Positions 13,193 to 25,102 of a DNA stretch of 64,000 nucleotides are shown piece after piece. The notes beneath the pieces were generated by a model. That model was not told the origin of the DNA. It did not search any database and saw only the letters and a program-made list of their open reading frames with translations. This DNA comes from Hemiscyllium ocellatum (Eukaryota): the NCBI RefSeq assembly GCF_020745735.1, contig NC_083409.1:15719873-15783872 (forward strand). Direction: 5' to 3'. The translations under genes and the position numbers were made by a program. Each line of letters begins with the position of its first letter. Within the stretch, counting starts at the first letter, position 1.

Positions 13193-13357
13193 TTAGGATA
13201 ACATGAGTTTTAACTGTTGCCCCTGAATCTGATTCAGTACATTTATTGTGTCTTTTATCAGAACTTCAAAAATATAATCTGCCAACTGCATCTTCACACA
13301 AAGCTCATCCTCATCATAATTCACCCATTGGGCTTCCTCCTCATAAAGCTCTTGAAC
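13193..13357 (-). CDS. CEP350-family (CEP350-like/CCDC187) terminal coding exon
   Basis: ttttttctggcag acceptor, then VQELYEEEAQWVNYDEDELCVKMQLADYIFEVLIKDTINVLNQIQGQQLKLMLS*. This matches the recalled CEP350 C-terminus VQELHEEEAQWVNYDEDELCVKMQLADGIFETLIKDT. Absent from the ORF track. Confidence 0.92.
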   Translation of the reverse strand, partial: VQELYEEEAQWVNYDEDELCVKMQLADYIFEVLIKDTINVLNQIQGQQLKLMLS

Positions 13358-15533
13358 CTGCCAGAAAAAACAGAGGGGGTGTTATTGTTTTTATATCAAG
13401 ATTTATTTGTTACAGCTCTTTCCTCTCGTACTGAGCAGCGTTTGCACTGAAATCACTCAGACTGCAGGCCTCCCACTTTCCTTGTGCCCAGTATCACACA
13501 ATTGGCCATTCCCACACAGCAAGTGGAGCTTGGACAGGAGTTCTGGAGGGCTCGCTGCGAGATCAATGGAGAGCCACTAGTTATTCTTGTACAAAACAAT
13601 ACCAAGTCTGAGAAGGTTAAGGACTGGCTACATAAATTAGGTCTGAGCTGAATATTTCCAGCATTTTTTACTTTTATTTGATAAACGAGGCCTGCATTCT
13701 CTTGAGTAAAGATGACTAGGGGATGGATCTATAGAAGTGACTGAGATGATTAAACGATTTCACAGCGAAGGAAGTGAGAAACTAGTTCCTTTGGCGAGGC
13801 ATGCCAGAAATAGGGCATGCAGGAAAATAAGACTTAGGTTGATTAGGGGGGTGATGTGAAGAAGCCTTTTGTCACACAAACAATACTAAAATAATCTGGT
13901 TCCTTCCAGCCTTAAAAACTATTGTGACTGTTACAGCATTTCAATATGAGTGTTGACAGATATTTGTAAGGTCAAATAACAGTTCGGAAAAATTAGGAGA
14001 TAAATATACAGAGGTAGATACAAATCAGCTATGATTAGGAGTACGAGAACAGAGTGAAGGGTGCTGCTGGCTTAATCCTGTTCCTACCTGGTTTTGAATT
14101 TGATTCCAATGCCACAACTCCTCAAACCAGTGAGATCTATCACCAATATTGCCAGTAACATCATAAACGAGTGGAGATGTTTTACTCAGTATGCACAACC
14201 AGAAAGGAATACCCACCACAAGGAAAGAGCTGGTGAGTGTAACTGAATTACACGTTTTAACTTTAGGCTGGCCCTCTGCCCTGGTGTAGCTGTGGCCTGA
14301 CGGTATCACTACTTGAGCTGGTGCAGAGCAGAGACTTCCAACCCTTGCCTAATGGACGCACACTATCAGCTGGAAATGTTTGATCCAAAGAGGGAAAAAA
14401 AGCAATGATTTTAAATTTTTGGCATACCAAGCACCCAATTTTTTAAAACTTCAGTGTTGGGATGCATGTTGCACCCCCGCCATTTCTCTTTGGAAAGATA
14501 TTTGTCTTGAAGTGCTACAGCCTGCGTGTTGAAGGTACTCCCACAGCACTGCAAGCTCAGGGATTCCAGGAGATTAACCATGTAAATATAAAAGGAAAGG
14601 TGATATCTGACCAAGTCAAGGTGGTGGTGTGGCCTGAAGATAACGGTGTTCTTACAGACCTGTTAAACTCATCAATCTGCTGACACATGTTGTGCTGTGA
14701 CACACCAACACATGGGAAGGACTGGAAAGGTCTGCAAAAACTGTCTTCTAATTTTTCTATACTTTTGATTTTGGACTCAAATGGGGATAAAGCAATTTTA
14801 AACCCCAAGGATTGTTCAGGGATTGCTGGCACTTTTCATTAGCAAGTTCCCTGACACACACTAAGTGCTACTCACTTTCAAACAAGCTCCAGCCAAGGGC
14901 TGTGTTCAATGGGAGCTTCAGTCAATAGTAAGTAGCTAACTAGTCACTAGGCCACAGACAAATATCCTTCGGACAAAAACGGAGATTGGCTCCCAGGTAA
15001 CTGATCAGCCGAGGCTGTATACAAGTGAATTGAGAAATCACCAGATCTCCACAAGTTGAGGATCTGTCTCCGCAGTGAAAAGTCGAAAGAAAACCAGCTT
15101 CTTTTCCCTTCAGCACTTGCTGTAAGCTGTGGCTATTAATTGATAAGTCGCAGACTTGTACATGTGTGAACTAGTCACCCTGTGCCTCCTGAAAACAAAT
15201 GGAAGCATCTGGAGAAGGAAGATCAAGGAACAGCATTCTGATCAGCACAAGGATTATCTCAAGAAAAGCCATCAATAGGTACCATGGAAGTACGTTCCCA
15301 GTCTTTCTCTTTATGCAAAACACCCAGTGCACTTTGTCCCTGTTTTTCTATCTGTGTATGTGTAATGAGGAATGCATGTGGGAGGGGTTGTTAGTTTTAG
15401 TTAGTAGTTATATGCCAGTAGTTGGTAATTGTTTGCATTTTTTGTAACAAACTGTAACTCTTGTTAAGCAAAGAACCCTGACCTGTACTTTCTGTAAAAC
15501 TGGGTCTAAAAGACAGGTAAGTGAGGAACCAAA

Positions 15534-15671
15534 AGAGAAAATGCTGGACAACCTCAGCAGGTCTGGCAGCATCTGTAAGGAGAGAAAAGAGCTGACATTT
15601 CGAGTCTAACTGACTGTTTTCTCTCCTTACAGATGCTGCCAGACCTACTGAGATTTTCCAGCATTTTCTCT
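15534..15671. repeat. Inverted-repeat (hairpin) short element, Penelope-terminus-like
   Basis: Arms of about 50 bp (aaaatgctgg...ctgtaaggagagaaaa and ttttctctccttacag...ccagcatttt) flank a loop of about 28 bp. Confidence 0.75.
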
Positions 15672-15992
15672 TCTGGTTTCAGATTCCTGCATCTGCAGTA
15701 ATTTGCTTTCATTAGGTGAGTGAGGAATTCAATGTACTTCTGAATTTCTTTGAAACTTTTGTGGCAACTAATGAATTTCAGCAAATTACTCCAGTGAGAG
15801 CCAAGTTTTCAATTCAGTCAGAAAGTTGAAGCATTTTCTGGACAAATGCAGGATAGCCAGACAGGTCAGCCAAAGACAGATAAAGCCTTTGTCATTTAAA
15901 ATAATAGAAAATTCAGATGTACAATGAGGTTTCGTAATTGTGATACAATGGTACAATATAAAACTGAACAGTTCCTAAACTGAAGCACCTAC

Positions 15993-16115
15993 CAAAATAT
16001 GGTCCACCCGATCACGTTGTTTGGTGCCAAATTTCTTCAACTTCTGCCAAGTCGTCTTCTGATGTTGCTCTTCATTCAACCCAAATAACTTCAAAACTTC
16101 ATTAGAAATGAAGAT
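15993..16115 (-). CDS. CEP350-family penultimate exon (123 nt, phase 0-0)
   Basis: cacag|IFISNEVLKLFGLNEEQHQKTTWQKLKKFGTKQRDRVDHIL|gtaggt, versus recalled CEP350 SFIASEVLKLFSL...WQKMMKFGRKKRDRVDHIL. Confidence 0.92.
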
Positions 16116-17699
16116 CTGTGGGTAGAAGCACAGGAGAAATGGCAGCTGTTGCACACACCCTAAATACACAGACAAAACCACTCCCAATCCATTATTCTTC
16201 CCTAAAACTGCTCAACGAAGACTTTGATGCTTCGACCTTCTGATTCTTCCCCCATTCAGAATTATGTAAAATTGGATGGAACTCAAAGCATGTTCAATGA
16301 AACAAAAATCTGCTTAATGCTTTAAAACTTAATTATAACTGAAATGAATAACATTAGTGAGATCCAAAATCCAAAAGTGAGATACAATACAACTTTAAGG
16401 TAACATGCGATGCTCCCAAATTGAAAGAAGGTTTGAAATGTTCCTTTGCCTAAGAACTCGGCTGAGAAATGATGAATTATTCACTGCATTACATGGTTCA
16501 GCACTTTGCCTACAGCATCTTCGAAGAAGCCTCTGCTTTGTCAAATTCCAAAAATGTTCTGCCTTTAATCGACTGTAGGCAGCCAACTGAAGATCAGCGC
16601 TGTGGGAAGTCTCACAATAAATATTGGGGCTGACATGGATTCATACAGCGCTCCCAGCATTTCAGGATGGTCAAATCATTCTCAATTTAACAGATGAGTG
16701 CTTCAAAGCTATATGACCTAGGCACTGACCACTGCCCACTGCCTCACATGGCTCCAGGCAGGAAGATTTTGATAGGTTTCTCGGCTAACACCATCAAAGG
16801 CAAGTAACATGCCCAGAAATGTTGGTGTGTGAAACAGTTCAGACTGAAGATACATTCGAGTCGAGTTATAAAGACAAAGCAAAGGAAATGAACAGTTCCA
16901 AATTTGCTCTGTGGATGAAAAGCTGATTTACACATGCCCATTCTCAGTCCCTGGCAAAGTGCAACACTTCACAAACTGTGCACAAAGGGAAGTCAGACAA
17001 TGAGTAGGTTGATGTCGACTTTAGACTGTGGTAAAAAGTTCACATTGCAGTGTTGCAAGTCTGCGCTACTGGAAGGAGTCATCCAGTGTACACTTCAATG
17101 TCAGTGCCACAAGAAAAGAGAAGTTGCATTGTTGGAATTGTAAAGAACTTGGTCTTTGTGCTGGACAATACTTTGTAACCAATGCTCAAGTCACCCACCT
17201 TAACCTCAAATTGTCAAAAACAGCATATCACTTATCTCACTTGTACCATGTTGTTCCCAACCTTTGAAGTACAGCCACTATTATAATATCATCAAAAGCT
17301 GCAACAAACTTTCACACAGCAAGTTCCCACAAATTATAGAAATGGTTCAGTAAACGTTTAGCCAGAACAACTCATGATTGACCAGGACCATGAGGGAGAA
17401 CTTCACTCCTCTTCAAAGTAGCACTAAAAATCTTTTTTTAAAGAAAAAACTCACCCAAGGGGGAAAATGGGGCCTCACTTTGAAAACAATACTTCAGTAC
17501 TGCACCAGGACTGTCATCCAGGACTTCACTTCAGCGTTTGCTTAATCCCCTCTGCTGACTGAGGAAGAGTGCCACTGAGCCATGGCTAACACTCAGAGCT
17601 ATTACATTGTGTCTCCAGTTTGGAGTAAAATGAGCTTCCTCGAGGATCAGAGTAAAATGGGGTTCCTCAGCTCCTGACCTTACTTCCATCTTAAGGTCA

Positions 17700-19771
17700 G
17701 AAGTGCGGATGGTTGCACAATATTCAGTACCATTCATAGACTGTTTCAATATCTGAGGAGTTATGTTCAAAGGCAACAAGATCTGAACAATATGTAGGTT
17801 TGGACTGGCAAGAGGCAAATAATATTCAGACCAAAACTGCCAGTCAATGACCATTCCCAGTAGGAGGCCTGTGACAAGTGGTGTGCCACAAGGATCGGTG
17901 CTGGGTTCACTGCTTTTCGTCATTTACATAAATGATTTGGATGTGAACATGGAACATAGTATGGTTAGTAATTTTGCAGATAACACCAAAATTGAAGGTG
18001 CAGTGGACAGTGAAGAAGGTTCAGAATCCAACAGGATCTTGTTCAGATGGGCTGAGGAGTGGCAGATGAAGTTTAGTTTACATAAATGTGAGGTGCTGCA
18101 TTTTGGAAAGGCAAATAAGGGCAGGACTTATACACTCAATGGTAAAGTCCTGGGGAGTGTTGCTGAGCAAAGAGACCTTGGAGTGCAGGTTCATAGTTCC
18201 TTGAAAGTGGAGTCACAAGTAAACAGGATAGTGAAGGTGGTGTTTGGTATGTTTGCCTTTATTGGTCAGAGCATTGAGTACAGGAGTTGGGAGGTCATGT
18301 TGCAGCTGAATAAGACACTGATCAGGCATCTTTTAGAATATTCTGTGCAATTCTGGACTCCCTGCTCTTGGAAGGATGTTGTGAATCTTGAAAGGGTTAT
18401 GCAAAGATTTACAAGGGTGTTGCCAGGGTTGGGGGGGTTTCTGGTCTAGGAAGAGAATGAATTGGTTGGGGTTACATTCCCTGGAGCACCAGAGGCTGAG
18501 AGGCGACTGTGAAAAGATTTATAAAATTATGAGTGGTATGGACAGGGTAAATAGACAAGTCTTTTCCCTGGTGAAGGCAATTCCAAAAATAGAGGGCATA
18601 GGTGAGAGGGGAAACATTTAAATGATACGTAACAGGTAATTGTTTCATGCAGGGGTGGTGTGTACATGGAATGAGTTGCCAGAGGAAGTGGAGGCAGCTG
18701 GCATAATGGCGATATTTAAAAGGCATCTGGTGGTGTATATGAATAGGAAGGGTTTAAGTGGAAATGGACCAAATGCTGGCAAATGGGACTAGATTTTATC
18801 TCGGATAACTGGTCTGTATGGACAAGTTGAACCGAAGGGTCTGTTTCTAAGCTGTCCATCTCTACGACTCTAAGAGACAATTTAACCAATGGCCCTTGAC
18901 ATTCAATGGTATTACCATCACTGAATCTTCCACAATGAACATCATGGGGATTATCATGGACCAGAAACTCATTTGGACTCATTATATAAATACTTTGGGC
19001 TACAAGGGCAGGTCAGAGGCTTGGAATACTGTGGTGTATAACTCACTTCCTAATTCCCCATAGCAAATCCACCGAGTACAAAGCACAAGTCAGGAGTCTG
19101 ATGGAATCCGCCCCACTTGCCTGAATGAGTGCAGCTCTAGTAAAACACAAAAAGCTCGCCACATCCAAGGCAAAGGAGCCCACTTGATTGGCACCACATC
19201 CGCAAGCAGCCATGCCCTCCACCACCCTCCACTCAGTAGCAGCAGTGTGTACAATCTACAAGATGCATTGCAGAAATTCAGAGATCTTTAGCCAGATCCT
19301 CCCAAATCTGTGACCATTTAGATCAAGAAGGACAAGAGCAGCAGACCGCCACCTGCAAGTTCCCCTCCAAGCCACTCATCATTCTGACTTCGAAAAATAT
19401 AATTGTTTCTTCAGGATTGCTGTATCAAATTCTGGGAATTCCCTCCCGAAGGACATTGTGGGTCTACCTACAGCTCATGGACGGCAGTGGTTACAAAAGA
19501 CAGCTTACCAGGTTCTCAAAAGCAACTAGGATCAGTGATTGAATGCTGGCCAGCCGGCGATGCCCAGACCCTCTGAGTCATTTAAAAAATGGTCATTGAG
19601 GAGTTTAGAATTAAAATGGAGTTCCTTGGTACTCAATGAGCATAGAGGAATTTTTTTTTGTTCATTCATGAAATGTGGATGTCACTGCCTGGCCAGCCCT
19701 TATTGCCCCTTCCTGGTTGTCTTTGAGAAGATGGTGCTGAGCTAGACCCACAATCTCATTAGGGAGGGACT
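17700..19771 (+). repeat. Segmental duplication copy 1 (CEP350-like intron); inverted partner at 27863-29842
   Basis: The same ordered mosaic of unique sequence, CR1 fragment and L2-like fragments occurs in reverse complement at 27863-29842. Confidence 0.9.
17850..18870 (+). mobile_element. CR1 RT and 3' fragment
   Basis: ORF 17847..18449 contains [22 protein letters not shown] and NFADNTKI. Confidence 0.9.
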
Positions 19772-19929
19772 TCCAAGAAGCAGTGACAGATTTCCAAGTC
19801 AGGATAGTGACCACTGTTTACAAGTTGAGTCACTCACTTACTCAATCTACATACTTTAACTCCAACCAGCATCACGTTTGTCACATTATTACTGACAAAT
19901 AGGAAAAAAGGATTACATGGAGTTATTAC

Positions 19930-20076
19930 CTTCACTTCATTTAAATTCTGTGGGTTCCTCGCTCGTTTGAAGAACAAAGAGCTAATTTGGCTTGGCTTCA
20001 TCCACGGGGCTGGGCTGGCACGGAGGTCGTCAGAAAGGACGTCAGCAAAGATTTCCCTTGTCACATTAAAGATAAG
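19930..20076 (-). CDS. CEP350-family exon (147 nt, phase 0-0)
   Basis: ttccag|LIFNVTREIFADVLSDDLRASPAPWMKPSQISSLFFKRARNPQNLNEVK|gtaata, versus recalled AVFDLTKEIF...PVWMKPCRINSSYFRRVKNPNNLDEIK. Confidence 0.9.
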
Positions 20077-21838
20077 CTGGAAGTAGTAAAAGTGTAACAA
20101 AGAAAATATTATATTAGATACGTCCTCTCCACCCAAAAAAAGCTTGTTAGATCACGACAGTGAAAATAAAAGGGAATACTGTTCAAAATATATAAAATAA
20201 CAACTGTTTGATTCACGATCTGAATCAAGGATAAATTTAGAATTTCATTGATTGCAGTAGAGAAGGCAAAAGAGAGATGAGAGAAGGGGTTTAAAAGGAT
20301 TGCAGAACTACCAAGGCTAGGTGCAGATGTATTAGACAAGATTACCTACATAATACTAAGGAAGGCACCACAACATAAAAGGAGGCAAATCTTTGAAACA
20401 AAATGAATGACATCTGTGGGACATGCTGTAAATAGAAAACAAACTATCATGGCTCCAATTATTACCTCCTAAAATTCGACCAGAGGGTTGGAGGGCAGCT
20501 AACTCCTCATTCAATAAGAAGAAAAACAGGAATTTCTCAATCAGTTAGTTTTGTGTCATTTGTTGGTAAATTAAGAGTAAACAACATGGAGTGAAAGACG
20601 AGCAGTTAAAGAGACAATAGCAATTAGCATGAATTTCTAATTAGCAGGTTGTGAACTAGCAAGCGATTTGACAAGGCTGTATTAGTAAAGGAGCAGATTA
20701 GTGGGAAAAAAGTGTACAGGGTTGACATGGATTTTCAGAAAGTATTTCAAGTAGTTACCTCTGAGAAGACCAAAGGCAAAACTCAGGGGCACCTCAAATG
20801 AAGGGGAGCACAGTCAAGTGAATAGAGGTAGTTGGGAAAATGCAGGTCAGGGGAAAATAAAGATTTCACACAAGAAAGGTGTGGAGAATGGAAGGGGTCC
20901 ACAGGAGCCCATACTCAGATCGTCCTTAATTGTTATCGTAATAAACACAATCTTGACTTGGGAATTTAAGAGAAAGGAATCAAATGATTCCAACTTGGGT
21001 TGAAGGGACAGAGATGGAACTATACTGCAGTGACAGTTACAGAAGAATATTTACCGGAAGATGGAATTGAAGTTAAGAGTGGGATGAAGTAATACATCGT
21101 GTGGATAAGAAAAGGAATTACACCTGAAATGGTAAGATCCTAATCAGATGAGAGCAAAGGCCACATAGACACAAACAATTACAGCCACGTTAAGCTGCAT
21201 AAGATCTTAGAATACTTTGGTCAACTTTGGGAATCTCAACATCGTGCAAATTCTCAAGATGTTATCAGGAAAAGAGGTACAGACATGATCACAGATTGAG
21301 AAGTTCAACTTCTCAGGCTTTCTTTATCTGAAAGTTACGGAATGACCTGTGATTCTAGCTTCTAGATCAAGATTCTAGAGAGTTTTAAGAAGGTGAATAA
21401 TAATCAAATATTGTATTATCAACCAATGGAAACAGCAATAGAAAGACAGAAACGATAGAGAAATTTTTGAAAAAAAACACTGAGTGGCTGGAAGGGACAC
21501 TATATATTATGTAAATAGAAACGGAATCTACAGATTCTCAGACTGGGCAAAGTTATGACAGATGGGATTTAACGGATAACAGTATGATGATGATGATGAT
21601 GATAAATTAATAATGGGAGAGTACAAACAGTGGAGGAGAAAGGGGCTTTGGATTTTTAGGGAAGGGGCAAAATGGTAAATTGAATTCAATGCAGTCATCA
21701 GGATCGAGATAATGTTTTTAACATGCTCTGTTATACATATCATCAATCAGAGCTGCAATGGAGCACTCTTAACCCATACGTTTCTTGCTTAACAAAGAAA
21801 AAATAATTTGGTTTTCAAATGCAAAATCTGGGTCTCAC

Positions 21839-22116
21839 CTCACAATAAGCTCTTCTGCTGACACTCTCATCATCCTTCCATTTATAATTCCCGAAGTCTG
21901 GGGGTATTTGCAAATCCCCCAAATCATGGCCAAGTTCCTGCCATTTGTACAGCTCCTCAGCCGCTCCATGAACCAGTGTCACAATCTCGACTGCATCTTC
22001 AGCAAAAGCAAAGTTAATTTCCCCTTGGATTTTTCGGGGCACATCTTTTCGGGACTGGGGCTCCTGCACTGGGCTGCCCTGTTGCAAAGTACACATACTG
22101 TTGGTCAATCTAGATA
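21839..22116 (-). CDS. CEP350-family exon (278 nt, phase 1-0)
   Basis: ttttgttcctgaccttcag acceptor; ...EIVTLVHGAAEELYKWQELGHDL...ESVSRRAYCE|gtgaga, versus recalled EVEILVHNAAEELWKWKELGHDL...ESTSKRVYKQ. The 5' boundary is inferred. Confidence 0.85.
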
Positions 22117-23439
22117 CTGAAGGTCAGGAACAAAAATGATGGAATTCATTTCAAAACATTAATGAACAATACATGGTTTTAATAAACTGTGAAATCAAAG
22201 CATGAAAACAGGAGACAAACGACAACCTTTGTTTTATATCTCAGAATATGTCTGACAAATCAGACACAGGCTGGAATTCATTTCCAATTTATTCTCAGCC
22301 ATGTAATGAAAGTCAAGGTTTCCACATGGAGTGAGATCCAGATCATTAACAGTATATTTTTTAAGACTGAGTACTCAAACTCAATACAAAATTTACTTGA
22401 TGGACTGAAAACAAAAGCTTTCTACTCCTTTTTAAGCTTCTTCTCAAAACTCCTCACAGCTTCCTTAACTTTTCCAAAACACTCATCATTCTTCTTATTT
22501 TACAATACTTTGAATTTCAACACCACACGCTCTTAGCACATAATCAAATTATTAAATGAACACCGGAAATAAAAGTGCCCCCAGAAGCAAAGCCAGAAAC
22601 CACGACTTTCTTGAACCACTCTGGAACTTCCCCAAGTCCTTTTCTATATTTCCACCCTTCTATCTGTTTAAATCCCGTTTGCTATCCCTGCCTTAATTCC
22701 TTGCCAATTAATCTCATGTATGACACGTTGTCAAATGTTTTTTTTAAAAAGTGCATGTACCCACCCATCATACCTCCACATCTGAAAGTTGAGGCTTTTT
22801 TAAGCACAGTCATCACTTTTGAAATCTGCTCAGATGCTTTATTTCACAGTTACCTGTTTTCTTCCTGTTTTATCTTTAAAAACTTGCATTGATAACAAAT
22901 CTTTCATATGATAAAACAAACCAAGTAGCTTCACAGAAATAGAATAAAACATGATACTGAGCCTCACAGAGATCCAAGGGCAGATGTGAAATCTGTCATA
23001 CAGTTCGAGTGTCTTGTAGGAGGAAAGTGACACAGACAGAAGTAAAGTTCAGGGAGGGGATTAAAGAGGTCACTGTCTTAGTAACTGAAGGCTTTTCCAG
23101 TAATGGAGCAATTAAAATTGAAATTCTCAAAGATTTAATTAAAGGAATACAAATAGCTTGCCTGCAATGTATAATCATATAAATTAATTTAAATGGTGCA
23201 AAGACTGGTTCTGGTATTATCCTTCACCAATCAGCTTTCTGGAATAGAACAAGTAGTATAATACAATCATCAAGTCTGGAAGTAAGACAGACATTGACGA
23301 GGTTTCTGCAGTGGAAGAACGGAGGTGGGACAGAGACAGATAATCAGAGATTCCGTAAAGTGTCGGAGCAGGTCATTTGGGCTTTTAAGTCCACATCAAC
23401 CCTCCGAGGACCAGCCCACCCAGAGCCCCCTCCCCCACC

Positions 23440-23745
23440 TGGATTTCCCATTGTTAATCCACCGAGCCCGCACATATTTCCCATGCCTTCACAAAATTCC
23501 TATTCTTTCCCACATTACATTTCTCATTCCCCCACAGAATTCCCATTCTCTGCCACTCCCGTTTCAAATTCCCTCTCAGAATTTCCATTTGATCCCACTC
23601 CCATGTTTCCCAACCCCACTCAGAATTCCCATTCCCCCCACACTTATATTTTCCATTCATTCGCAGAACTCCCATTCCCTCAGATCTCCCACCCCCCTCT
23701 CCATATTGTTTCCCATTCTCTCCACTTCATGTTTCCCTGGGACTG
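23440..23745. repeat. Degenerate ~43-bp-period tandem array
   Basis: The motif CA(G/A)AA(T/C)T(C/T)CCATT recurs at 23492, 23535, 23577, 23621 and 23664. Confidence 0.7.
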
Positions 23746-23858
23746 ATTTTGAGCAAAGCCAAGGATTTGCTATTCTCTGCAGCCTTATATGACATTCTTT
23801 ACTCATTAGAAACAGTTTTTGTAAAAAAGACAATGCAAAACATCTTTTACCATTTTAC

Positions 23859-24053
23859 TGTGTGTTGCAACAAAATCCTGGGAATAAACACCATCCGTGA
23901 AAATAGGATGGTCAGGACTGGTGGTCATCCGAAGGGCTGCTGATGGTGATTCCAGTGACTGAGCAGGTGAAATTCTAACTTCCTCAGGAACTGAACTGTC
24001 CCTGTGGGGCTGGGAGCAAGGCGGCACAGGACATTCTTCCTCACTGCCTGTGT
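23859..24053 (-). CDS. CEP350-family mid-gene exon (195 nt, phase 1-1)
   Basis: ttattttctgtag|DTGSEEECPVPPCSQPHRDSSVPEEV...SPDHPIFT...SQD, versus recalled SEEESPVPLYSHLNSESSIPEEL...SPDHSILT...SQE. The donor CA|gtaaaa is inferred; an alternative donor lies at 23851. Confidence 0.75.
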
Positions 24054-24905
24054 CTACAGAAAATAACAATACTTAGAACATTTATACAGCAATGGATTAA
24101 CAGTGCTTAAAGTGAGATGCACAATTCAGTATGACTGTCTTACAACTTCATCCTCCTTTCAATATATTCTTTACTTCAGATGCATGTAACAGTATCATAA
24201 GGGGAGTAGGTTAGAAACAATTAACCAGAGAAAGTTAAGTATGCACAGGTCACTGATGAAAAGCACCTTGAGCCAACTCAGATACTATCAGACATATCTG
24301 CTCATCATCAAAATACTCCGATACAACATTCTGTGCAGTCCTGGAGATAGTTTCATGTTGCTGCTAATGGGGAGGAATGAAATTAATTATCAATATTGCA
24401 AAGAAAATTAGATTTTTCCGTGTGAACAAAGTGGCCACATAGTCTTGTATAAACAACATCCAAGCTCTCACATTGATGACAACTTTTGCTGCTTCTCAAC
24501 TCTGCAAGTGATACGCAACCACCAGCAGTGAAAGGAATTAAAATCTGAAACTTCATTCTCCCTCGAGAGGGTGAGTGGGAAACTACACTGAGCTATCGTT
24601 TCAAGGTACCATTGAGAAAGATGATAATTCCAACATCTGACCTATTCTGTTTAAATGCATCACGGCAGATGCTTGGGAAATGTGATTTCCTTGAATTAAT
24701 GAGACAGGCTAAGTAAAAGGCCAGGTTTACACCTTGCTTCTTCTGCATTAATGCAGACTGATGACATTTACACATCAATACATCACCTCACACGTGCCAT
24801 GACAATCAGCCATACCAAAGTGCACTTGAAAGCAGTCAGAACCACAGTAAATGCATTACTGTCTTGAAGAAAAACAAACAAACAAGAAACAGAGGCTAAC
24901 ATTAC

Positions 24906-25102
24906 CGTTCAATTCGGGAATCTTCTTGCTTGCCTCTCTCTTTATCATGTTTGTTTTGAGCTGCTGGTCCCAAGCAGCCTGAGCCTGTTCTTCCATTTGC
25001 TGGATCGCAGCTTCCTCGGCATCGAGCCGCCGCTTCCACTCCAGCAGCTCCTCCGCACGCCGTCGCCGATGCCTCAGATTCTGCTCCCGTTTAGTGAGAA
25101 AC
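24906..25102 (-). CDS. CEP350-family coiled-coil exon (197 nt, phase 2-1)
   Basis: catcag|RFLTKREQNLRHRRRRAEELLEWKRRLDAEEAAIQQMEEQAQAAWD...|gtaatg, versus recalled FLTKREQKLMQRRQHAEELLEWKRRLDAEEAEIRQMEKQALAAWD. Confidence 0.92.

Noticed and set aside
14462-14683. Plus ORF with protein-like composition inside the CEP350-like intron
   Set aside because: Short, no recognisable homology and no supporting splice sites.
23270-23330. Strong minus-strand acceptor (…ttccactgcag|AAACCTCG) as a missing CEP350 exon
   Set aside because: The translation (ETSSMSVLLPD…) does not match the expected ETTSDQSDIEGRI segment, and there is no good donor.
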